From Candidatus Sericytochromatia bacterium (GTDB taxonomy: Bacteria > Cyanobacteriota > Sericytochromatia > S15B-MN24 > UBA4093), in contig JAKFBU010000033.1 in NCBI GenBank assembly GCA_036676985.1, positions 1 to 26,018 on the forward strand: a DNA stretch of 26,018 nucleotides, in the 5' to 3' direction. The notes under the pieces were generated by a model, which ran no database searches, had not been told where the DNA came from, and saw only the letters and a list, made by a program, of their open reading frames with translations. Made by a program: the position numbers and the translations under genes. Shown here piece by piece: positions 9,055-17,491 of the stretch (its first letter is position 1; each line of letters starts with the position of its first letter).

Positions 9055-9104
9055 CTCTTTCACCACAACCTAAAACCGCCACCCGAGACTCCCCCGGAGG
9101 ATTC

Positions 9105-9956
9105 ATGAGCACGACCGCCACGCTCCCCGCCGCCGTCCTCGAGGCCCGCGCCCAGATCGCCGAGACGGCGAAGTACCTGCGCGAACGCACGCTGATCCAG
9201 CCCAAGGTCGCCCTGGTGCTCGGATCGGGCCTGGGTGAGCTCACCAAGGAGCTCGAAGGCGCCGAGGTCATCCCCTACTCGGAGATCCCCAACTTCCCCA
9301 CCTCGACGGCCCCCGGCCATGCCGGCAACCTCGTCTTCGGCCTCCTGGGCGGTCAGCCCGTGGTCATGATGCAGGGCCGCTTCCACACCTACGAGGGTTA
9401 CACCGCGCAGCAGGTCGCCTTCCCGGTGCGCGTCTTCAAGGCGCTCGGCGTCGAGACCCTGGTGGTCACCTGCGCGACCGGCGGCCTCAACCGCGCCTTC
9501 AAGGCCGGCGACCTGATGCTCATCAAGGATCACCTCAACCTGACGGGCGACAACCCGCTCATCGGGCCGAACGATCCCGAGGTGGGCCCCCGCTTCCCGG
9601 TCATGTTCGACGCCTACAAAGAGGAGCTGCGCCAGATCGCGCGCTCCGTCGCCAAGGAGCAGGGCACGACCCTACACGAGGGCGTCTACGCCGGCATCAA
9701 CGGCCCGGCCTTCTTCACCCCGGCCGAGCTGCAGCACCTGATCACCATCGGCGCCGACACCATCGGCATGTCGACGGTCTACGAGACCATCACGGCGGTC
9801 CACTGCGGCCTCAAGGTCCTCGGCCTCGGCCTCATCTCGGACATGGCCCTGCCCGACGCCGACCACCACGCCACCGAGCAGGAAGTGCTCGAGGTCGTCG
9901 GCCAGAGCGCGGCCATCGCCCGCAAGCTCGTGCGCGGCGTCGTCGAGCGGCTCTAG
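9105..9956 (+). CDS. Purine nucleoside phosphorylase, trimeric (PunA/XapA-like) family, variant active site
   Basis: VLGSGLG, YSEIPNFP...GHAG, MQGRFHTYEG, DHLN...NPLIGPN...GPRFP, GMST; GGAGG Shine-Dalgarno. Confidence 0.92.
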   Translation: MSTTATLPAAVLEARAQIAETAKYLRERTLIQPKVALVLGSGLGELTKELEGAEVIPYSEIPNFPTSTAPGHAGNLVFGLLGGQPVVMMQGRFHTYEGYTAQQVAFPVRVFKALGVETLVVTCATGGLNRAFKAGDLMLIKDHLNLTGDNPLIGPNDPEVGPRFPVMFDAYKEELRQIARSVAKEQGTTLHEGVYAGINGPAFFTPAELQHLITIGADTIGMSTVYETITAVHCGLKVLGLGLISDMALPDADHHATEQEVLEVVGQSAAIARKLVRGVVERL

Positions 9957-10035
9957 AGCGCCTAACAAATCTGTTCCTTCTAGCCGCCGATAGGCGGCCA
10001 CCGGCATCACATGCCTGGTTTTGTTAGATGCTCTA
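9954..10035. mobile_element. 82-bp MITE-like element with 16-bp terminal inverted repeats
   Basis: TAGAGCGCCTAACAAA ... TTTGTTAGATGCTCTA (14/16 complementary), TA at both ends in CTAG/CTAA context, two internal hairpins, AT-richer than the flanks. Confidence 0.55.
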
Positions 10036-10049
10036 AGGCCCTTTTATCG

Positions 10050-10079
10050 AGCCCCCGGCCAGTGGCCGGGGGCTTTTTT
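10050..10079 (+). terminator. Intrinsic terminator downstream of PNP
   Basis: AGCCCCCGGCC-AGT-GGCCGGGGGCT followed by a T run, between convergent genes. Confidence 0.88.
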
Positions 10080-10084
10080 GCCGG

Positions 10085-10675
10085 CTAGTCCTTGATGATC
10101 TCGTCCTTGCCCCAGAAGATCCGGGCGTAGTTCTGGCCCGGCGCATAGTCCGTGCTCACGTCCGTCCCGTGGAACGTCTTCTTGAGCAGGGTCGCCAGCC
10201 GGTGGGCCAGGAAGGGCGAGATGGTGTCCACCTCGACCTCCGCGTCCCCGTCGACGAGCTTGCCGATCCGTTCGTGGGGGTTGGTGGCCCGCGCCCGGTT
10301 CTCCTCGTTGAAGACGGTGTTCAGGATCTGCTCATGGAAGCGCTCGAGGCCTTCCAGCTTGAGATGCAGCTCGCCGTGGAAGTCCCCCCGCTCGATGGCC
10401 CGGCAGCTCTGGCAGACCAGGCCCGTGACGTTCGGGTTGTTGACCAGCTTTTGATACTCGGCCTCGTCCAGGTGCCAGTGCTTGGGGTGATAGATCGCAT
10501 GGCAGCTGACGCAGTAGGCCGTGTCGCCCTGGATGTCGGGTGCCCAGTTGCCCTGATGGGGATCGTCGGGCCGCAGGTGCTGGACCCGCTGACCGGCGAC
10601 CTTGCGTCGCCCCTCGCGTCCCGAATGGGTGGAAAGCGATCCGCCGAGCCCGGTTACCTTGCTCGGTCCCTTCAT
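10085..10675 (-). CDS. BCAM0308-like protein with two CxxC motifs (NMD3-like Zn ribbon), 196 aa
   Basis: True start is likely ATG 10675 after AGGAAGGAG. CVSC...HW...CQSC..I..G..G, NEENRAR..NP.ERI, LAHRLA..LKK.F.G and RIFW match my recollection of this family. Confidence 0.75.
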   Translation of the reverse strand: MKGPSKVTGLGGSLSTHSGREGRRKVAGQRVQHLRPDDPHQGNWAPDIQGDTAYCVSCHAIYHPKHWHLDEAEYQKLVNNPNVTGLVCQSCRAIERGDFHGELHLKLEGLERFHEQILNTVFNEENRARATNPHERIGKLVDGDAEVEVDTISPFLAHRLATLLKKTFHGTDVSTDYAPGQNYARIFWGKDEIIKD

Positions 10676-10927
10676 CGTCTGCTCCTTCCTGTCGAGTGCC
10701 TGACCAAACAGGCACGATCGCCACGGACGGCCGCTGAGCGACTGCACCGCTGGGTGAATCGGCGCCGTTACGCGCTCTGCAGGCCCCGCAGGGCACTGTA
10801 ACGATTTGTTGCGGCCCATCTTAGCACACGCGTCGGGCGCAATTCGACAGTGGAACGAGAGATACGCCGCTCCGGGGCGCGCATGGCCCGGGCGTGTGAG
10901 ATAATCGCCTCCCAGAGGAGGTGCCCC

Positions 10928-11509
10928 ATGCACGAGGCGATGACTCAGTTCATGCCGCACGGCATGTGCTACCTGTGGCAGCCGCCGCTCGTTGTCGCGC
11001 AGGTCGTCACCAACGCCCTGATCGCGCTCGCCTACTTTTCGATCCCGCTGCTGTTGCTGTATTTCATCGGGCGCCGGCCGGACATCCCCAACCCCCTGCT
11101 GTTCACGCTGTTCGCGATCTTCATCCTGGCCTGCGGCACGACCCACCTGCTGGACATCGTCACCATCTGGCACCCGATCTACTGGGTCGACGCCGTCGTC
11201 CGGGCCGTCACGGCCCTGGCCTCGGTCGGCACCGCCGTCGTCATGGCCCCTCTGATGCCGCGCCTCCTGCGCAGCGGGACCGTCGAGCACTACCTGGAGG
11301 CCATGTCCAAGGCCGTGCTCGAGGACAAGAACGCCGCGCTCGAGGCCGCGAACGAGCGGCTCGCCAAGGCGAACGACGACCTCCAGGCGCAGGTCCGGCT
11401 CATGGACCGATCCGCCGAGAGCCTGGCGGCCCGAGAGCAACGGATCAGGGAGCTCCGCGAAGAGGTCGAGCGGCTGAGGGCCGAACTCGCGCGTCGCCCA
11501 GAGGCCTGA
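10928..11509 (+). CDS. Stand-alone ethylene-receptor-type membrane domain plus C-terminal coiled coil (193 aa)
   Basis: ATG 10928 after AGGAGG. FMPHGMCYLW, ALIALAYFSIP, FAIFILACGTTHL and AVTALASVGTA match the ETR1/Slr1212 three-TM ethylene-binding domain; heptad-rich tail follows. Confidence 0.88.
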   Translation: MHEAMTQFMPHGMCYLWQPPLVVAQVVTNALIALAYFSIPLLLLYFIGRRPDIPNPLLFTLFAIFILACGTTHLLDIVTIWHPIYWVDAVVRAVTALASVGTAVVMAPLMPRLLRSGTVEHYLEAMSKAVLEDKNAALEAANERLAKANDDLQAQVRLMDRSAESLAAREQRIRELREEVERLRAELARRPEA

Positions 11510-11510
11510 C

Positions 11511-12809
11511 ATGCGGCGAGTCGGACTCCGCAACGTCCTCTTGATCTGGGCCGGCCTGGCCTGGGGGCTCGGAGCGCTCATGTTCCTTAGCAACGTCTGG
11601 ACCCTCCAGGAGACCATGACGGGGCACCTTCCCTACCGGCCCCTGGACCTCGCGCTGACGATCGTGCGCCTCGTCGCCGGGCTGCTCGGCATGGTGGGTG
11701 CGCACGTGCTGTACTTCCTGTCCAAGGAGCACGTCCTCTTTCCGATCGAGCGCCTCAAGGAGAGCTTTCGCCACCTGGAACGCGGGAGCCTGGACGTGCG
11801 GGTGGAGAACAGCGAAGGGCTGCGCGAGTTCGAGGAGATCGCGGCCATGGCCAACCGCATGGTCGAGCGTCTCAAGGCCAACACCGAGGCCCTCCAGCAG
11901 GAAAACCTCCGGAGCCGCAACGCCTACGAAACCATGCTCAGCGCCCTGGAGGACACGGCCGCCCTCAACGAAGAGCTCAAGGCCCGGAGCGCCGAGCTCA
12001 CGGACTCGCTGCGAAGGCTCGAGAACGCCTATCGCGAGCTCAAGGAGCTCAAGGAGGTCGACCGCCTCAAGAGCGACTTCCTGAGCGCCATCTCGCACGA
12101 GTTGCGCACCCCTTTGAACTTCATCACGGGCTTCGGCTCGGTCCTGGACGACGAGGTGGCCGGGCCGCTCACGCCCGAGCAGCATCGCTACATGCGCAAG
12201 ATCCTCATGGGGGCCGAGCAGCTCATCTCGCTCATCAACAACCTGCTCGACTTCACCCGCATGGAGGCCGGGCGCTTCACGATCCTGCGCCGGCCCACCC
12301 GCTACCCGGAGCTCGTCCGGGCCGCCGTCGACAACCTGCGCCAGGTCGCTCAACAGAAGGGCCTGGACCTCTCGGAGGAGCTGGGTGAGCTGCCCGTCGT
12401 CCAAGTGGATCCCGATCGGGTGACGCAGGTGCTCTACAACCTGCTCTTCAACGCCATCAAGTTCACGGAGCCCGGCGGTGCGATCCGCGTCCGGGCGTAT
12501 GCCCGCCCGGACGCCGTCGTCACCGAGGTGATCGACACGGGCATCGGGATCGGCCCGGACGATCTGCCCAAGGTCTTCACCAAGTTCTTCCAGGCGGACG
12601 AGGTCAGCACGGGCAAAGGGCGTCAGACCAAGGGCACGGGCCTCGGGATGGCCATCACCAAGGGCCTGGTGGAGGCGCATGGCGGCTGCATCGAGGTGGA
12701 GAGCGAACTCGGCAAGGGCACGACCGTCCGCTTCACCCTGCCCCTGAACGTCCCGGAGCCCGAGCGGTCCGTGCCGACCTCCGCAGAGGGCGGAGCCAAG
12801 GGCACCTAG
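11511..12809 (+). CDS. Membrane histidine kinase (2 TM, HAMP, coiled coil, HisKA, HATPase_c)
   Basis: HAMP PIERL...G.LDVRV...EFEEIA..ANRM; SHELRTPL; NLLFNAIKFT; DTGIGI; GTGLGM. Confidence 0.95.
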   Translation: MRRVGLRNVLLIWAGLAWGLGALMFLSNVWTLQETMTGHLPYRPLDLALTIVRLVAGLLGMVGAHVLYFLSKEHVLFPIERLKESFRHLERGSLDVRVENSEGLREFEEIAAMANRMVERLKANTEALQQENLRSRNAYETMLSALEDTAALNEELKARSAELTDSLRRLENAYRELKELKEVDRLKSDFLSAISHELRTPLNFITGFGSVLDDEVAGPLTPEQHRYMRKILMGAEQLISLINNLLDFTRMEAGRFTILRRPTRYPELVRAAVDNLRQVAQQKGLDLSEELGELPVVQVDPDRVTQVLYNLLFNAIKFTEPGGAIRVRAYARPDAVVTEVIDTGIGIGPDDLPKVFTKFFQADEVSTGKGRQTKGTGLGMAITKGLVEAHGGCIEVESELGKGTTVRFTLPLNVPEPERSVPTSAEGGAKGT

Positions 12810-13885
12810 TAGGTCTGGACGATGGTGACGTCCGGGTGCCGCTTGAGGTCGATCTCGTAGGGCTTCTGGCGCTGGCGGCCATCCGGGTCGACGGTGACGC
12901 GCACGGTCGGACGCATGGGCAGGACGCGGTCCACGGCGATCACGAGGCCCTCCTCCTGGGTGCTGAGACGGACGGACGTCTCGAGGGGAAAGGGCACGAG
13001 GAGCTTGAGGAACTCCGAGACGAGCGCGTGGCTGAAGTGCGAGCCCCCCGACGCCATCAGGTACTCCATGGCCTGGTGCGGAGGGTTCGGACGCCCCTGG
13101 GCCAGGTCGTGGATCAGGTTGTCGTAGGTGTTGGCGATCGCCGCGATCTGGGCGAACGGATGGATCTCGCTCTCCTTGAGCCCCTTGGGGAAGCCCGAGC
13201 CGTCGGCCCGCTCGTGGTGCTGCAGGGCGATGATCCGGGCCGGGCCGCTCAGGCTCTTGCCCATCTGCTGGAGCATGTCGAAGCCCACGCGCGCATGGGC
13301 GCGGTAGCCGTCATGCGTGAGGGTCTCGGCGCCCTCGTGCATGTGCAGCAGGTCGGGGGCGAGGACGGTCTTGCCGACGTCGTGCAGCAAGAGACCGACC
13401 GCGAGATCCACGAGCTTGGACGGCGGCATCCCCAGGCGCTCGCCCAAGGCGAGGCCCAGCAGACAGACGTTGACCGAGTGATCGAAGATGTAGGAGCTCG
13501 CCGTGCGCAGCTCGGCGATCTGGAGGTTCAGATCGCGGTTGCCCTGCAGCTCCGACATGATCGAGGTGGCCGCGTTGTAGAGGATGCGCCGGCTCACCCA
13601 CTCCTGGTCGAGGCTCTTGTTGGGCTCCCGCACCTTCTTGAAGGTGTCGCGCACGGCCTTCAGGGCATCCTGGCGCGTCCGCTCGCTGATGGGCTCGTTG
13701 ACCTGGACGTCCAGGGCATGCGGATCCATCACGTACAGGGCCTGGTAGCCCATGCGCTCGAGCGTCTCGACGTAGGGCGGCGAGAGCTCCGTGCCGCGAT
13801 GCAGCAAGATCCGGCCGTCCTCGCCGTAGATCGTCTTGCCGAGGCGCACCCCGGGCGCAACGTCTTGTATCATTACCAGCCGCAT
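12806..13885 (-). CDS. HD-GYP-family phosphodiesterase-like protein
   Basis: HSVNV, LLHDVGK, HHERADGSGFPKGL, EI...AQIAAIA; typical N-terminal PG..L...IY...G.ILL and C-terminal P....V.LS..E.G.V...RP.V extensions. Confidence 0.9.
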   Translation of the reverse strand: MRLVMIQDVAPGVRLGKTIYGEDGRILLHRGTELSPPYVETLERMGYQALYVMDPHALDVQVNEPISERTRQDALKAVRDTFKKVREPNKSLDQEWVSRRILYNAATSIMSELQGNRDLNLQIAELRTASSYIFDHSVNVCLLGLALGERLGMPPSKLVDLAVGLLLHDVGKTVLAPDLLHMHEGAETLTHDGYRAHARVGFDMLQQMGKSLSGPARIIALQHHERADGSGFPKGLKESEIHPFAQIAAIANTYDNLIHDLAQGRPNPPHQAMEYLMASGGSHFSHALVSEFLKLLVPFPLETSVRLSTQEEGLVIAVDRVLPMRPTVRVTVDPDGRQRQKPYEIDLKRHPDVTIVQTY

Positions 13886-14033
13886 GTCGAGCCTCCCGCC
13901 CTACTGTAGCAGACTTGATCCCCACCGCCTAGGACCCAGGAACGACGAGTGACGCGCCTCTCACGGGACGAGGGGAGGCCCGGCCGCGGAGGGGGAACGA
14001 CGTGACGCGGCTTAACCGGTGCATCATCCGATC

Positions 14034-14062
14034 TTGACGCGCCCTGCAAGCTGCGATACACT
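14034..14062 (+). promoter_or_regulatory. sigma70 promoter for tRNA(CAT)/tilS
   Basis: TTGACG-17 nt-TACACT. Confidence 0.75.
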
Positions 14063-14100
14063 CGTCTTTGTTGCTTTTCGCGACGACGGAGAGCTCATCT

Positions 14101-14173
14101 GGCACTGTCGCCAAGTGGTTAAGGCAAGCGGTTCATACCCGCTCATCCGCTGGTTCAAATCCAGCCAGTGCCA
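14101..14173 (+). tRNA. tRNA with CAT anticodon, non-initiator (probably elongator Met; Ile2 not excluded)
   Basis: Acceptor GGCACTG/CAGTGCC with paired 1:72 (so not fMet), anticodon arm AGCGG-TTCATAC-CCGCT, T arm GCTGG-TTCAAAT-CCAGC. Confidence 0.93.
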
Positions 14174-14177
14174 CTGA

Positions 14178-14201
14178 AACGCCCGGGGAAACCCGGGCGT
14201 T
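14178..14201 (+). terminator. GC hairpin after tRNA(CAT): weak terminator or processing signal
   Basis: AACGCCCGGG-GAAA-CCCGGGCGTT with a poor U tract. Confidence 0.5.
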
Positions 14202-14228
14202 CGTCTTAGGAACTTCCCGGACGCAGCC

Positions 14229-15620
14229 ATGGACCCCCTGCACCGCGCCCTCGTCGACAGCGATCGCCGCCACGGTCTCTTCGGGCCGCACGCGACCGTG
14301 CTCGTCGGGTGCTCCGGGGGAGCGGACTCCCTGGCCCTGGCCCACGCCCTGCATCGGCTCGCCCCCGCCCACGGCTGGCGCGTCTCGGCGGCCTACGTCC
14401 ACCACGGCCTGCGGGCCGCGGCCGACGACGAGGCCGCACGGCTCACCGAGCTGATGGCGGCGTGGGGCATGCCCTTCCGGGTGGCCCGGGTCACGGTGGA
14501 CCCGCGCGGCCGCAGCCCCGAGGAGGCCGCCCGCGACGCGCGCTACGGGGCGCTGAACGCGATCGCCGCCGAACTCGGAGCCGGCATCCTCGCCCTCGGG
14601 CACCACGCCGACGACCAGATCGAGACGGTGCTCATGCGCCTCACCAAGGGCTCGGCCCTGCCGGGCCTGCTCGGGATCCCCGTCTCGCGGGCCCAGGCCG
14701 GGGGCCCACGCATCGTGCGCCCGCTCTTGGCCGTGTCCCGGGCCGAGATCGAGGCTTACCTGAACGACCATGGCCTCACATGGTTCGAGGATGCGACCAA
14801 CCAGGAGGAGGCCATCCCCCGCAACCGGCTGCGCCACCAGGTGGTCCCCGTCCTCAAGAGCCTGAACCCGGCCTTGCCCCGCACGCTCGCGACCATCCTC
14901 GACGTGCTCGCCGCCGAGAACGAATGGCTGGCCGAAGCGACCCGCGCGGCCTTTATGCCGCTGGTGCGCCACGCGGAGCCCGGCCTGATCGCCTGGGACG
15001 AGGCGGGCCTCGCGGGCCTCCCTCTCGCCCTCCAGCGCCGCGCCCTCGCCATGGCCTACGAACGGGTCCTGGGAACGCGCCGCGGGCTCACCACCGACCG
15101 GATCGAGCGCATGCGCGAGCCCGACGCGAAGGCGCTGGACCTCGGGGACGGCCTGCGCCTCTCCTCCGGGCACGGGCTGCGCTGGCTCGCGGCCCCCTTC
15201 ACCCCTCCGGCCCCGGTTCCGGCCGTGCCGGGGCAGCGCGTGGATCCCTGGGGCGTCCGGCTCGATCTGGTGGAGCCCGCTCAAGCCCCTCCGGGCGGCA
15301 AGGACGTGGTATTGTTCGATGCGGATCGGCTGCCGGGGCCCCTCGAGTGGCGCACGGCACGACCGCGCACGGATCGCTTCACGCCGTGGGGTCATCGAGA
15401 CTCCCATCCTTTGGAGCGCTTTCTCGCCAAGGAGCGCGTGCCGCCCCCCCTTCGAGAACGACTCCTGGTACTGGCCGTCGGAGACGAGATCTGGTGGGTG
15501 GTGGGCCTGAGACGAAGCCTCCACGCACCGATCGACGAGGGGACTCGACGGGTCCTCATGGCGCATCAAGACAGGCGAGCGTGGTTTGACATAGCCAATA
15601 CCGACCCCTACCATGTGTAG
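14229..15620 (+). CDS. tilS: tRNA(Ile)-lysidine synthetase
   Basis: PP-loop SGGADS, HHGLR, EEAARDARY, GHHADDQIET, RPLL, RNRLRH, plus TilS_C region. Confidence 0.96.
   Translation: MDPLHRALVDSDRRHGLFGPHATVLVGCSGGADSLALAHALHRLAPAHGWRVSAAYVHHGLRAAADDEAARLTELMAAWGMPFRVARVTVDPRGRSPEEAARDARYGALNAIAAELGAGILALGHHADDQIETVLMRLTKGSALPGLLGIPVSRAQAGGPRIVRPLLAVSRAEIEAYLNDHGLTWFEDATNQEEAIPRNRLRHQVVPVLKSLNPALPRTLATILDVLAAENEWLAEATRAAFMPLVRHAEPGLIAWDEAGLAGLPLALQRRALAMAYERVLGTRRGLTTDRIERMREPDAKALDLGDGLRLSSGHGLRWLAAPFTPPAPVPAVPGQRVDPWGVRLDLVEPAQAPPGGKDVVLFDADRLPGPLEWRTARPRTDRFTPWGHRDSHPLERFLAKERVPPPLRERLLVLAVGDEIWWVVGLRRSLHAPIDEGTRRVLMAHQDRRAWFDIANTDPYHV
15586..15614 (+). promoter_or_regulatory. sigma70 promoter for ftsH inside the 3' end of tilS
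   Basis: TTGACA-17 nt-TACCAT, about 30 nt upstream of the proposed ftsH TTG. Confidence 0.7.
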
Positions 15621-15645
15621 GCGTTTCGAGGAGGACGGCGACACT

Positions 15646-17475
15646 TTGAATAAAGTTTGGAAAAGCAGCGGTATCTATATCCTCTTGGTGTTGGTCGCAA
15701 TCGCGTTCATCACCTCGCTATGGAACAAGCCCCCCAGCAAGATCGACGAGGTCGCTTACTCGACCTTCCTGTCGCAGGTGGAAAAGGGCGAAATCAAGCG
15801 GGTCACCATCTCGAAGTCCACAGGAGTCATCCTGGCCGTGCCCAAGGAGGGCGAGCGCCATGCGAAGACCGTGGCCCCCGAGAATGATCCGCGCCTCTTC
15901 CCGGCCCTCGACAAGAGCGGCGTCGAGTACGAGATCAAGGCCCCCGACCAGTCCAGCTGGTGGGTGAGCCTGCTCTCGACGATCCTCGTGCCCGTCTTGA
16001 TCATCGTGGGTCTGTGGATCTTCATGCTCCGCCAGGCCCAGTCCGGCAGCAACCAGGCGATGAGCTTCGGCAAGTCGCGCGCCAAGATGATGGTCGAGAA
16101 CAAGCCGCGGGTCACCTTCGCGGACGTGGCGGGCATCGACGAGGCCAAGGCCGAGTTGCAGGAGATCGTGGAGTTCCTCAAGAGCCCCGAGAAGTTCCAG
16201 GCGCTCGGCGCCCGGATCCCCAAGGGCGTATTGCTGGTCGGCTCGCCCGGTACCGGTAAGACGCTGTTGGCCAAGGCCATCGCGGGCGAGGCCGGCGTGC
16301 CCTTCTTCTCGATCTCGGGATCGGACTTCGTCGAGATGTTCGTCGGCGTGGGTGCTTCCCGCGTCCGCGACCTCTTCGAGCAGGCCAAGAAGCACTCGCC
16401 CTGCATCGTCTTCGTGGACGAGATCGACGCGGTCGGCCGCCAGCGCGGCGCGGGCCTCGGCGGCGGCCACGACGAGCGCGAGCAGACCCTGAACCAGCTG
16501 CTCGTCGAGATGGACGGCTTCGAGCCCAGCCAGAGCGTCATCGTGATCGCGGCGACCAACCGTCCCGACATCCTGGACAGCGCCCTGACCCGGCCCGGCC
16601 GCTTCGACCGCCAGGTCATCGTGGACACCCCGGACGTCCAGGGCCGCGAGCAGATCCTCAAGGTCCACGTGAAGAACAAGCCCCTGGCCGAGGACATCCA
16701 GCTCGAGACCCTGGCCAAGCGCATCCCGGGCTTCACGGGGGCGGACATCATGAACATGTGCAACGAGGCCGCCCTGATCGCCGCGCGGAACAACCGCAAG
16801 GAGATCACGATGTACGACTTCGACGAGGCCGTCGACAAGATCTACGCGGGCCCCGAGCGCAAGAGCCGGATCATCTCCGACGAGGAGAAGGCGATCATCG
16901 CCTACCACGAGGTGGGTCACGCCCTGGTGGCGCGTCTCATCCCCGAGTCGGACAAGGTCCACAAGATCACCATCGTCAGCCGCGGTCGGGCGCTGGGTCT
17001 CACCTGGCACCTCCCCGAGGACCGGGTGCTCTTGAGCCAGTCCAAGATCGAGGCCATGATCGCGGGCCTTCTGGGCGGCCGCGCCGCCGAGGCCATCCGG
17101 TTCGGCGACGTGACGACCGGTGCCGGCAACGACATCGAGCGCGCCTCGGGCCTGGCCCGCAAGATGGTCACGGAGTGGGGCATGAGCGAGGTGCTGGGGC
17201 CCCTGGCCTTCGGCAAGCACAGCGAGCACGTCTTCATGGGCCGTGACTTCGGCTCGGACAAGGACTACTCGGAGCAGGTCGCGGGTCTCATCGACTCCGA
17301 GGTCAAGCGGATCGTGGAGGAGTCCTTCCAGAAGGCGAAGCGGCTCTTGACCGAGAACCGCGACAAGCTCGAGGCGATCGCCACCGAGCTGATGGCCAAG
17401 GAGACGCTCGACGCCGACCAGTTCGAGCTGCTCTTCACGGGCGGCCAGGAACAGCCGGAGCCGGCGCTGGCGTAA
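15646..17475 (+). CDS. ftsH: ATP-dependent zinc metalloprotease FtsH
   Basis: Two TM helices, Walker [18 protein letters not shown] pore loop, Walker B FVDEID, SRH ATNRPD, HEVGH zinc motif. TTG start after GAGGAGG preferred over ATG 15613. Confidence 0.98.
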   Translation: MNKVWKSSGIYILLVLVAIAFITSLWNKPPSKIDEVAYSTFLSQVEKGEIKRVTISKSTGVILAVPKEGERHAKTVAPENDPRLFPALDKSGVEYEIKAPDQSSWWVSLLSTILVPVLIIVGLWIFMLRQAQSGSNQAMSFGKSRAKMMVENKPRVTFADVAGIDEAKAELQEIVEFLKSPEKFQALGARIPKGVLLVGSPGTGKTLLAKAIAGEAGVPFFSISGSDFVEMFVGVGASRVRDLFEQAKKHSPCIVFVDEIDAVGRQRGAGLGGGHDEREQTLNQLLVEMDGFEPSQSVIVIAATNRPDILDSALTRPGRFDRQVIVDTPDVQGREQILKVHVKNKPLAEDIQLETLAKRIPGFTGADIMNMCNEAALIAARNNRKEITMYDFDEAVDKIYAGPERKSRIISDEEKAIIAYHEVGHALVARLIPESDKVHKITIVSRGRALGLTWHLPEDRVLLSQSKIEAMIAGLLGGRAAEAIRFGDVTTGAGNDIERASGLARKMVTEWGMSEVLGPLAFGKHSEHVFMGRDFGSDKDYSEQVAGLIDSEVKRIVEESFQKAKRLLTENRDKLEAIATELMAKETLDADQFELLFTGGQEQPEPALA

Positions 17476-17491
17476 GCCTCAGACCTAGATC

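Noticed and set aside
11500-11520. Frameshift splitting a single ethylene receptor kinase
   Set aside because: The downstream ORF has its own ATG and TM-TM-HAMP architecture, and the upstream protein ends in a complete coiled coil; read-level confirmation is still advisable.
10676-11617. N-terminal extension of the 510-aa ORF 10085..11617
   Set aside because: Antisense to the ethylene-receptor-type gene; a strong Shine-Dalgarno and ATG at 10675 mark the likely start.
13886-14033. c-di-GMP riboswitch upstream of the HD-GYP gene
   Set aside because: I could not find GEMM-type conserved motifs; only generic GC-rich pairing.
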